A stretch of DNA of 35,000 nucleotides from Mustelus asterias (Eukaryota). Position numbers and translations under genes: made by a program. The stretch spans positions 124,001-159,000 of the forward strand of contig NW_027590847.1 in assembly GCF_964213995.1 (NCBI RefSeq), read 5' to 3'. Each line of letters starts with the position of its first letter. Positions within the stretch are counted from its first letter, which is position 1. Below are positions 1 to 9,289 of this stretch, piece after piece. The notes beneath the pieces were generated by a model. That model worked only from the letters and a program-made list of their open reading frames with translations. It was not told where the DNA came from and ran no database searches.

Positions 1-893
1 TTCTCCTTCTGTCGTATCATTTGAGGACAGTAACTAAGTGACAGAATTTCCATGACTCAGATCTGAAATGTATATTAAAATCTGAACTAATCAGATTGGA
101 GTGCTTTTAAACTCTCCAACATGATTTGGGAAAGAGATTAAATGTGTATATTTCACAATTATCTGCCCGAAATCCCCCCTCCCCACCCCCATACAACCAG
201 CTGCTGCCTTACACATTGTCGCTGGCCGCTCTGTAAAAGGGTAAATTGACGCAAGAAAACTCTCGTTCCAATCCGCACTCTTATTAATCTGCTATAATGT
301 GCTCGGATCCTCGCACCTCACTTTCATGTGTCCCCTGTCGTGTTTTTAGTCCTGTGGATGGATACGTGGTTTTCAGTGAGCAGAAACATCCCAAGCTGGG
401 TTATATTCAGTAGGCTTAATAGGAATATCGCTCTATTGTTAGGGACAGGAGTGGGATTAAAGTCGCTGGTCCGGTTATTATAAAGTTGCGAATTATGTCA
501 AAAAACATTTGACAGTCATTGAAAGTGAGAATGAACATTGATGGCACCTTGCTCTCAGGGATTGTTTAAATGGTTCTGTGTCAAGCTTGTGAAATGCACA
601 TGTTATATAACTGATCCCTTAGCTAGCACAATACTCCGATCAAATAGACCCTTTGATCAAACCGACCACAAAACGAAGAGTGAAGATGGGGAATAATTCA
701 CATATCCAAGGAAATATTAGCAAAAGGCCAAGTGCGAGTTAACTAACAATAAATGCATGTTTAGCATAGTTGCAAGTTAAAACCAACTGCGGCTCAGCTT
801 TTCATGTTGAGCGTTGTGTTTTGTTTTGTTATTCTGTTTATGATCCGGTGACACTCACTGTTGAGACTGAATTGTTTCTGTTTATCAGTGTGA

Positions 894-912
894 GCGCGCC
901 CTCTGCGGACCA
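894..912 (-). promoter_or_regulatory. CTCF-like binding motif downstream of the V1 RSS
   Basis: Minus strand reads TGGTCCGCAGAGGGCGCGC, a close match to the CTCF core consensus (TGGCCASYAGRKGGCRS); it lies about 22 nt beyond the RSS nonamer. Confidence 0.6.
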
Positions 913-934
913 CTAACTAGAACTCCCAGTCTGG

Positions 935-974
935 GGTTTTTGTACAGGTTTCGCCATGTCTCTGAACCAGTGTG
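935..974 (-). other. Recombination signal sequence (23-type, 24-nt spacer) of V1
   Basis: Directly after ...YFCAME codons: heptamer CACACTG (974-968), spacer GTTCAGAGACATGGCGAAACCTGT (24 nt), perfect nonamer ACAAAAACC (943-935). Confidence 0.9.
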
Positions 975-1278
975 GGCTCCATGGCACAGAAATACACGGC
1001 GGTGTCAGACAGAAGAGTGCTGGTGATAATTAAAGGAACAGTGTTGTTTTCTTTCTGTAAAGCAGCCGAGAACCTATCTGGGATATCCGGAGACTTATCG
1101 GTATCGCCCGAACTATATATCTTCATCAAATACCTTGGAGCTTGCCCGGGATACTGGATGTACCAGAACAGGGTTCGAAGAGCAGCTGTTGAGTATTTAC
1201 AGCCCAGTGTTATGTTCTGTCCTTCCAGAATCGATAATTCAGATCGATCTTGAAACACTGAATCTTCAGCATTTGCCC
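975..1278 (-). CDS. TCR alpha/delta-type variable segment V1, V exon (apparently intact)
   Basis: Acceptor ttttgttacag| at 1280-1279. Translation GANAEDSVFQDRSELSILEGQNITLGCKYSTAALRTLFWYIQYPGQAPRYLMKIYSSGDTDKSPDIPDRFSAALQKENNTVPLIITSTLLSDTAVYFCAME has the V-set hallmarks: first Cys, WYxQ, DTAVYFC. The LFWYIQYPG..P motif and RSS type fit TRAV/TRDV; alpha versus delta cannot be decided. Confidence 0.92.
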
Positions 1279-1362
1279 CTGTAACAAAACACAGAAGTTA
1301 TTCAAAATCTGGGAGCGAACATAGTCCATGGGACAGACGCTGATCATTTAAACATTGGCTCA

Positions 1363-1440
1363 AAGAAAATGCTGGAAATTTTCAGCAGATCTGACATGTG
1401 TGAGAGGGAGAACAGAGGTAACGTTTCGTGTCAGGATGAC
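1363..1440 (+). mobile_element. Short dispersed-repeat fragment inside the V1 leader intron
   Basis: aagaaaatgctggaaattttcagcagatctg...aacagaggtaacgtttc resembles 9848-9930 (aaaacagggaaatgctggaattaaactcagcaggttcggcagcatctgtg...aacagagttaacatttc) and 9500-9545 in this window. Confidence 0.6.
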
Positions 1441-1465
1441 ATTTTGTCAGAGTTTATTGACTCAC

Positions 1466-1511
1466 CGGGCCGCAAGATCATTATTATCAGCAGCCAAAAT
1501 GAGGAGCACAT
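1466..1511 (-). CDS. Leader exon of V1
   Basis: ATG at 1511 in CACCATG context; 46 nt encoding MCSSFWLLIIMILRP+G; phase-1 donor G|gtgagt at 1465, in frame with the V exon. Confidence 0.88.
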
Positions 1512-1597
1512 GGTGTCTGGTTTAGGATGCGGCAGAAATGAGACAATATTTGAAATGTGTTGACGTTTCTGTTCTGATATTAAATTGGAAATTCATA

Positions 1598-1660
1598 TCA
1601 GCGGAAACTTCACTTACTCAGAAACTGAGGGGCGTTTCCAAGCGACAGGATTGGCTGCTC
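1598..1660 (-). promoter_or_regulatory. V1 promoter block (GC-box-like element plus CCAAT box)
   Basis: gaaactgaggggcgtttc...gattgg, with CCAAT on the sense strand at 1650-1654, about 139 nt upstream of the ATG; the same block recurs upstream of V2. A TGACGT CRE half-site lies at 1561-1566. Confidence 0.55.
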
Positions 1661-2385
1661 TCTCTGAACTGATGGTCGTCGGGCACCTATCAATGTTCGC
1701 TCTGGACTAATCAACTCTGAGTTTCTCTTTCTCCCTGTATTTCTCAGGTTCTCCGGCTCTCCCTTCGTTTGGGACCTGTTTATCCCGCTGTGTCATTCCG
1801 CCACTACCTCCCTTGCCATACTTCTGACTGTCTCTGTCTTCACATTTACTCCACGTTCTTCTCTTTCTGCCCTTTTCCCTGAATTTCCGAGTTTAGACAA
1901 TACGATTTCTCCCAGTCTCCCATTTCAACGAGTCCAACAAATTGCTCATTATATTATATAAAGATACTCTGAGATTAGATACTATTTATATTAGATAAGG
2001 TATAATAAAATATAATAACTTAACGAGTAACATTATGATGGAAAGATTTAAATGAAAATAACGAAAGCACATCGGAAATGGGTGTGAATCCAGGGTCATA
2101 TTTACATCTTATGTTGGTATTTTAGAGGAGGCACTTCTCGGAATATTGATGGGTTGATTTTGTTTAAAATTAGCTTTTTAACCACTATTAATTGAATAAA
2201 GCGAATCGCCAGCAATTAAATAAAGTTGGGATTATCCCTCATGTATACGTTCAACTGCATATAATTACATTGTAATAGTAAAAGGATGAACAAGAGTAAT
2301 GTAATATAATCATGCAGCAACAACCTTCTGTAATTTGAGAATTCGATGATTTTCCAGGGAATGACCTCAGATCGCCGCCAGATGG

Positions 2386-2502
2386 CCCCCCGACTGCCCC
2401 CCCCCGACTGCCCGCCCCCCGACTGCCCCCCCCCCGACTGCCCGCCCCCCGACTGCCCGCCCCCCGACTGCCCGCCCCCCGACTGCCCGCCCCCCGACTG
2501 CC
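2386..2502. repeat. C-rich 15-bp tandem repeat (CCCCCCGACTGCCCG), about 8 copies
   Basis: Eight CGACTG cores at roughly 15-nt spacing; related units occur at 12740-12830. Confidence 0.85.
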
Positions 2503-2845
2503 GAAAACCGGTCAGGAAAATCTGGAGACTTTTCCCCCTGTCCCTTGCCGTATTTCTTCAGTAAATATCTCGGAGCTTCCCCGGGATGTTGAATGTACCA
2601 GAAGAGAGTCTCGCCAGTGTATTCTGTTGTGTAGTTGCAGTTCAATATTACCGTCTGTCCTTCCTGGACCGTGAATTCGGGCAGGTCCTGGGAAACTGAA
2701 TCTTGGCCATTGGTTCCTGTAACAACATATAGAATGTGTGAGAAATCTGAGTGAATATAACCCATGAAACACACACTGAGGATCTGAGCTCAGACTCACC
2801 GGGCAGCATGACCATTATTATCAGTAAAGCACACAGGGAACACAT
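2498..2845 (-). pseudogene. TCR alpha/delta-type V segment V2, 3'-truncated (no second Cys, no RSS)
   Basis: Leader exon 2845-2800 (MCSLCALLIIMVMLP+G|gtgagt), 83-nt intron, V exon from 2716: GTNGQDSVSQDLPEFTVQEGQTVILNCNYTTEYTGETLFWYIQHPGEAPRYLLKKYGKGQGEKSPDFPDRFSA. It then runs straight into the 15-mer repeat; no YxC or RSS is visible downstream. Confidence 0.85.
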
Positions 2846-2924
2846 GGTTCCTGATTGGACAGTAAACAGCCACACTGTTTAAACGATGTTGCTGCTTCTA
2901 GTTTATATCACAGAGTCAACTCAG

Positions 2925-2990
2925 ATCAGAGGCAACTGCAATTATTGGGAAACTGGGGGGCGTTTCTCAGTGCTGCGATTGGTTAGTCTG
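2925..2990 (-). promoter_or_regulatory. V2 promoter block
   Basis: ggaaactggggggcgtttc...gattgg, with CCAAT on the sense strand at 2978-2982, about 133 nt upstream of the ATG; homologous to the V1 promoter block. Confidence 0.55.
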
Positions 2991-3654
2991 CCTGAGATGA
3001 TGTTAGCTTTGGATCAATCACTGTTAGTTGACGACGAAGTGCGGCTGGCTTTCTCCAATCAAATTGTAGCCCAGGCTGAGTGCGTCTTTCTCACCCTCTT
3101 GCTCTCTGTCACATTCTCAGTCATTCTGTCTCTTTCTCGGTTTAACTCTCTTTCCTTCCAACCGGAGATCAGCTCTTTATATGACACCAGAGCCTGTCTT
3201 CATATTGCAATAGACCATGTTTCCGTTGCCATCAGGATAGTATTAATTACGATATCTATCGGTGCGTCTGTCAGAATTCAATCATTTTAGTCAGAGTAAA
3301 TTAACGACAATAGTGAAAGAGTATACTTAATCTTATTAACGTTTATAAGTACAAACCCAGAGGCCTCAGATGTCTGTGGTTTTATTTGATCGGATTAACT
3401 CGCTCATGTTAAATGTTATTTATTTTTATACCAGTTTGTGACGACTTCTCAAGAACCTTAATCTTATTACCACGCGCTTGACCTGTTTACGCTGAACTTT
3501 TCGTTCTGACGGGTAGATTTCCTCGGGTTGCGATTGTAAATAGAACTGTACACGGATTGAACATTACTGAGGATTTGGATGGAGATCCCGTGAGGGAAGC
3601 AAACGCTGCAACGCAGGAATCTTCAGGCTAAGAAATAAAGATAAAGGGATGGAA

Positions 3655-3962
3655 AGTTTTCTCAGTGCAGCATCTGGCCTTTAGTTCCTGACAGCAGATC
3701 ACCACATAACGGTCGAAGGTGAAAGCCACTGTCAGCCAGACTGAACCATCCCGAGTTGCAGACACCAGCACAGTGCTGACAGCTCATCCGGGGGCGGTAG
3801 ATAGGACACTGTACCTGAAATAAACGCCACCGATCCGGTTGAGGATAACAGTGGTAACCATGACAAGGAAATCAGTCACCGCTATCGCCACCAGGTAGTA
3901 AGTGATGCACTGGGAGAGTCCGCACCGTCCACGGGATAGGATGATGATCGCCACCAAGTTGG
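3655..3962 (-). pseudogene. GPR139/GPR142-like class A GPCR, remnant of a coding exon (TM1-TM3)
   Basis: Acceptor tctcttccag| at 3964-3963. Translation ANLVAIIILSRGRCGLSQCITYYLVAIAVTDFLVMVTTVILNRIGGVYFRYSVLSTAPG*AVSTVLVSATRDGSVWLTVAFTFDRY VVICCQELKARCCTEKT includes a DRY motif. An in-frame TGA (3786-3784) sits where the TM3 Cys is expected, and similarity is lost after CTEKT. Confidence 0.8.
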
Positions 3963-4319
3963 CTGGAAGAGAATAAAAGGAGAAAGACGTTACCGAGTGG
4001 ACTGCAAATAAAAAGCTATTCCCGATCCAACCAGTGACTGAAACCCGACTGAAACCCACCTGATCTGCCTATTCACCACCTCCAGATTTCAATTATTCCA
4101 AAGGCATTGCTACTTGTTCTCCAGCCACTGCTGGATTAAACATGAGTGAATTCATAGAACATATCAATCAGTCCCTGTCACAAACACCACTCTCTGACAA
4201 CTGATTCAATTCCTGTGTCTAACCATCCTCTGAGGCTTGTAACTCTTTACAATGTTGATGTCCTGTTTTGACGGTGGACTAAAATTGCAGATGCCCACAT
4301 TCCCATATTGACCATAAGT

Positions 4320-4625
4320 GGCACGGTGGCACAGTGGGTTAGCACTGCTACCTCACAGCGTCAGGGACCTGGGTTCGGTTCCAGGCTCGAGTCCCTGTCT
4401 GTGCGGAGTTTGCACGTTCTCCCCGTGTCTGTGTGGGTTTCCTCCGCGTGCTCTGGTTTCCTCCCACATTCCGAAATACGTGCTGGTTCGGTGCACTGGC
4501 CTTGCCAGATTCATCCGCTGTGTACCGGAACAGGCGCCAGGGTGTGGTGGCTGGGGGACTCTCACAGCTACTTCATTGCAGTGTTAATGTAAGTCTAAAT
4601 GTAACTAATAAATAAACTTTAACTT
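4320..4625 (+). mobile_element. tRNA-derived SINE (HE1-like head, tail ending ...ttcattgcagtgttaatgtaag...aataaacttt)
   Basis: Pol III A-box-like TGGCACAGTGG and B-box-like GGTTCGGTTCC; near-identical to 32457-32752. Confidence 0.8.
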
Positions 4626-4681
4626 AGAACAAAGTAAGCATAAATTACATTTAAAATATGAGCATACATGTTTTATAAGGC

Positions 4682-5003
4682 GGCACGGTAGCACAGTGGT
4701 TAGCACTGCTGCTTCACAGCTCCAGGGACTTGGGTTCGATTCCCGGCTTGGGTCACTGTCTGGAGTTTGCACATTCTCCTCGTGTCTGCATGGGTTTCCT
4801 CCCACAGTCCAAAGATGTGCGGCTTAGGTTGATAGGCTATGCTGAAAAATTGCCCTTAGTGTCCTGGGATGCGTAGGTTAGAGGGATTAGTGGGTAAATA
4901 TGTAAGGATGTGGGGATAGGGCCTGGGTGGGATTGTGGTCAGTGCAGACTCGATGGGCCGAATGGCCTCTTTCTGTGCTGTAGAGTTTCTAAGATTTCTA
5001 AGA
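4682..5003 (+). mobile_element. HE1-like SINE with CR1-type 3' tail
   Basis: A box TAGCACAGTGG, B box GGTTCGATTCC, tail gatgggccgaatggcctctttctgtgctgtag followed by (tttctaaga)2; homologous to 29964-30306. Confidence 0.85.
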
Positions 5004-5184
5004 TAAGCATAGTTATTTATTTAATTCTCTTATTGCATCCACATATTTGTAAAGTATTTGTTTCATTCCCTTATTATCCTTGTTTCAAGAATCATTTAAC
5101 TCTTTGTTTGTCGTGTCTTATGTATTCTGTCAAAAACATTGTAAATTGGTTAATAATTTTCCCCTTCAGCCGTATTTCAGATAA

Positions 5185-5555
5185 GCACTGGAGTTGGGAC
5201 GTCTTGTTGAAGTTGGACAAGACATTGGTAAGGTCACACTTGGAATTCTGTGTACAGTTCTGGTCACCCTATTATAGAAAGGATATTATTAAATTAGAAG
5301 GGCTGCAGAAAAGATTTACGAGGATGCGACCGGGACTTGATTGTTTGAGTTATAAGGAGAGGCTGGATAGACTGGGACTTTTTTCTCTGGAGCGTAGGAG
5401 GCTGAGGGGTGATGTTATAGAGGTCTATAAAATAATGAGGGGCACAGATCAGCTCGATAGTCAATATATTTTCCCAAAGATAAGGAAGTCTAAAAGCAGA
5501 GGGCATAGGTTTAAGGTGAGAGGGGAGAGATACAAAAGTTCCAGAGGGGCAATTT
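5185..5555 (+). mobile_element. CR1-type LINE fragment (C-terminal ORF2)
   Basis: Translation LLKLDKTLVRSHLEFCVQFWSPYYRKDIIKLEGLQKRFTRM...LFSLERRRLRGDVIEVYKIMRG is typical of the CR1 ORF2 C-terminus; it ends abruptly at the hairpin. Confidence 0.9.
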
Positions 5556-5560
5556 ATAAT

Positions 5561-5654
5561 TACTGGAGGATCTTGTTGCAGGATTACGGTGCTGTATTTT
5601 TCTTATTCCTAAGAAAAATACAGCAGTGTATTCCTGCAACAAGATCCTCCAGTA
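5561..5654. repeat. Inverted repeat/hairpin: 45-bp arms, 4-nt loop, 3 mismatches
   Basis: Left arm 5561-5605 and right arm 5610-5654 are reverse complements at 42 of 45 positions; loop TTCC. Confidence 0.95.
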
Positions 5655-5700
5655 GTCTGAGAATTCACTGATCTCCCAAGCAGAGGCCATTTACCTCAGA

Positions 5701-5719
5701 TCACCACCAGAGGGAGCGC
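5701..5719 (+). promoter_or_regulatory. CTCF-like motif
   Basis: TCACCACCAGAGGGAGCGC matches the CTCF core except at one position. Confidence 0.4.
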
Positions 5720-5789
5720 CCTCACCGTGTTTGTGTGATCACGGTATCAGGAGTGGGTTCCATTACACATTGATACAGGGAAACATAAA

Positions 5790-8305
5790 CCAGGAGAACT
5801 GGGTTAATTGTTAGATTACACAGTGATATGTTACAGAGCAGTAATCCAGGGGAACTGGATTAATTGTTAGATTACACAGTGATATGTTACAGAGCAGTAA
5901 TCCAGGGGAACTGGATTAATTGTTAGATTACACAGTGATATGTCACAGAGCAGTAATCCAGGGGAACTGGATTAATTGTTAGATTACACAGTGATATGTC
6001 ACAGAGCAGTAATCCAGGGGAACTGGATTAATTGTTAGATTACACAGTGATATGTTACAGAGCAGTAATCCAGGGGAACTGGATTAATTGTTGGATTACA
6101 CAGTGATATGTTACAGAGCAGTAATCCAGGGGAACTGGATTAATTGTTGGATTACACAGTGATATGTTACAGAGCAGTAATCCAGGGGAACTGGATTAAT
6201 TGTTGGATTACACAGTGATATGTTACAGAGCAGTAATCCAGGGGAACTGGATTAATTGTTAGATTACACAGTGATATGTTACAGAGCAGTAATCCAGGGG
6301 AACTGGATTAATTGTTAGATTACACAGTGATATGTCACAGAGCAGTAATCCAGGAGAACTGGATTAATTGTTAGATTACACAGTGATATGTTACAGAGCA
6401 GTAATCCAGGGGAACTGGATTAATTGTTAGATTACACAGTGATATGTTACAGAGCAGTAATCCAGGGGAACTGGATTAATTGTTAGATTACACAGTGATA
6501 TGTTACAGAGCAGTAATCCAGGGGAACTGGATTAATTGTGAGATTACACAGTGATATGTTACAGAGCAGTAATCCAGGGGAACTGGATTAATTGTTAGAT
6601 TACACAGTGATATGTTACAGAGCAGTAATCCAGGGGAACTGGATTAATTGTTAGATTACACAGTGATATGTTACAGAGCAGTAATCCAGGGGAACTGGAT
6701 TAATTGTTAGATTACACAGTGATATGTCACAGAGCACTAATCCAGGGGAACTGGATTAATTGTTGGATTACACAGTGATATGTCACAGAGCAGTAATCCA
6801 GGGGAACTGGATTAATTGTTAGATTACACAGTGATATTTTACAGAGCAGTAATCCAGGGGAACTGGATTAATTGTTAGATTACACAGTGATATTTTACAG
6901 AGCAGTAATCCAGGGGAACTGGGTTAATTGTTAGATTACACAGTGATATGTTACAGAGCAGTAATCCAGGGGAACTGGATTAATTGTTAGATTACACAGT
7001 GATATGTTACAGAGCAGTAATCCAGGGGAACTGGATTAATTGTTAGATTACACAGTGATATGTTACAGAGCAGTAATCCAGGGGAACTGGATTAATTGTT
7101 AGATTACACAGTGATATGTTACAGAGCAGTAATCCAGGGGAACTGGATTAATTGTTAGATTACACAGTGATATGTTACAGAGCAGTAATCCAGGGGAACT
7201 GGATTAATTATTAGATTACACAGTGATATGTCACAGAGCAGTAATCCAGGGGAACTGGAGTAATTGTTGGATTACACAGTGATATGTCACAGAGCAGTAA
7301 TCCAGGGGAACTGGATTAATTGTTAGATTACACAGTGATATTTTACAGAGCAGTAATCCAGGGGAACTGGATTAATTGTTAGATTACACAGTGATATTTT
7401 ACAGAGCAGTAATCCAGGGGAACTGGGTTAATTGTTAGATTACACAGTGATATGTTACAGAGCAGTAATCCAGGGGAACTGGATTAATTGTTAGATTACA
7501 CAGTGATATGTTACAGAGCAGTAATCCAGGGGAACTGGATTAATTGTTAGATTACACAGTGATATGTTACAGAGCAGTAATCCAGGGGAACTGGATTAAT
7601 TGTTAGATTACACAGTGATATGTTACAGAGCAGTAATCCAGGGGAACTGGATTAATTGTTAGATTACACAGTGATATGTTACAGAGCAGTAATCCAGGGG
7701 AACTGGATTAATTATTAGATTACACAGTGATATGTCACAGAGCAGTAATCCAGGGGAACTGGAGTAATTGTTGGATTACACAGTGATATGTTACAGAGCA
7801 GTAATCCAGGGGAACTGGAGTAATTGTTGGATTACACAGTGATATGTCACAGAGCAGTAATCCAGGGGAACTGGATTAATTGTTAGATTACACAGTGATA
7901 TGTTACAGAGCAGTAATCCAGGGGAACTGGAGTAATTGTTGGATTACACAGTGATATGTTACAGAGCAGTAATCCAGGGGAACTGGATTAATTGTTAGAT
8001 TACACAGTGATATGTCACAGAGCAGTAATCCAGGGGAACTGGATTAATTGTTGGATTACACAGTGATATGTTACAGAGCAGTAATCCAGGGGAACTGGAT
8101 TAATTGTTGGATTACACAGTGATATGTCACAGAGCAGTAATCCAGGGGAACTGGATTAATTGTTAGATTACACAGTGATATGTCACAGAGCAGTAATCCA
8201 GGGGAACTGGATTAATTGTTAGATTACACAGTGATATGTTACAGAGCAGTAATCCAGGGGAACTGGAGTAATTGTTAGATTACACAGTGATATGTCACAG
8301 AGCAG
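5790..8305. repeat. 56-bp minisatellite, about 45 copies, each containing CACAGTG
   Basis: Unit CCAGGGGAACTGGATTAATTGTTAGATTACACAGTGATATGTTACAGAGCAGTAAT; span 2516 nt = 44 x 56 + 52; only point variants seen. Confidence 0.97.
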
Positions 8306-9150
8306 AAATGGATGTTAAGTTTGCTGATGACACAACGATAGATTGGAAAATAAATGGTGATGAGGATGTAAGGGGACGATGAAGGGACATAAGTAGTTCA
8401 GTGAATTGGCAAAGCTTCGCCAAATTGTGTTTAATGTGGGCGGATGTGAAAATGTACATTTTGGCCTGATGAATATAAAATACACTTAATAACTAAATGG
8501 TGCGAGATCACAACATTCTGAGGGACAGAGGGATTGGGCCGTCCTTGGGCATGAATCAAAAGGGGCTAATATACAGGTACAGCAATTAATTAGAAATGTC
8601 ATGAAATGTTACCATTTATGACGAGGGAATGAATTATTAAATAGGAAGGGTCAGAAATTCCTCAGATATAGGAGCAGAATTAGGCCATTCGGCCCATCGA
8701 GTCCGTTCCGTCATTCGATCATGGCTGATATGCTCCTCATCCCCATTTTCCTGCCTTCTCCCCATAACCCTTCAACCCCATTACCAATTAAAAATCTGTC
8801 TAACCCCTCCTTAAATTTACTCACTGTCCCAGCCTCCTCCGCTCTTTGGGGTAGCGAATTTCACAGATTCACAACCCTTTGGGAGAAGTAGTTTCTCCTC
8901 AACTCTGTTTTAAATTTGCTGCCCCTTATCCTAAGACTGTGACCTCTCGTCCTAGAATGTCCCAGAAGAGGAAGCATCCTCTCCACGTCTACTTTATCCG
9001 TACCTTTTATCATCTTGTCAGTGATCTCTCATTCTTCTAAATTCACGCATGTTTCCATTGTGCAAGGCACTGGAGAGACCACATCTGGAGTATTGTGTAC
9101 AATACTTGATTCCTTATCTATAGAAAGATGGTAATGTGTTAGAAAACTGC
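8306..9150 (+). mobile_element. Degenerate CR1 LINE reverse-transcriptase fragment, interrupted by a second element
   Basis: aagtttgctgatgacaca (KFADDT) at about 8317; similarity resumes after about 9050 with aaggcactggagagaccacatctggagtattgtgtacaa (KALERPHLEYCVQ); many stops and frameshifts. Confidence 0.75.
8660..9045 (-). mobile_element. CR1 LINE 3' end in antisense, nested in the older copy
   Basis: ataggagcagaattaggccattcggcccatcgag...atcatggctgat is the reverse complement of the CR1/HE1 3' tail seen elsewhere in the window; it is followed by antisense ORF2-end sequence. Confidence 0.75.
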
Positions 9151-9289
9151 CCCAGGCTCCTGTGAATTCCTCCAACTGGTATTTAATGTAGACTTGAATT
9201 GATTTATTTTAAAACGGTTTATTTTAAACATATTGAGACTGGCCTGAAAGTGGTAGACTGGGGACTATCACACAGATGCTCTCAATCTG

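Noticed and set aside
975-2845. Identification as Ig, IgNAR or NAR-TCR-supporting V segments
   Set aside because: Framework motifs fit TCR alpha/delta V, no octamer promoter is seen, and both have their own leader exons.
4682-4750. tRNA genes (also 19268, 29964, 32457)
   Set aside because: A and B boxes belong to SINE heads that continue into SINE body sequence.
4910-5671. 253-aa ORF as a host gene
   Set aside because: A chance fusion of a SINE tail, unique sequence, a CR1 ORF2 fragment and the hairpin.
5790-8305. CRISPR-like array
   Set aside because: Units are contiguous with no unique spacers, and the DNA is vertebrate; it is a minisatellite.
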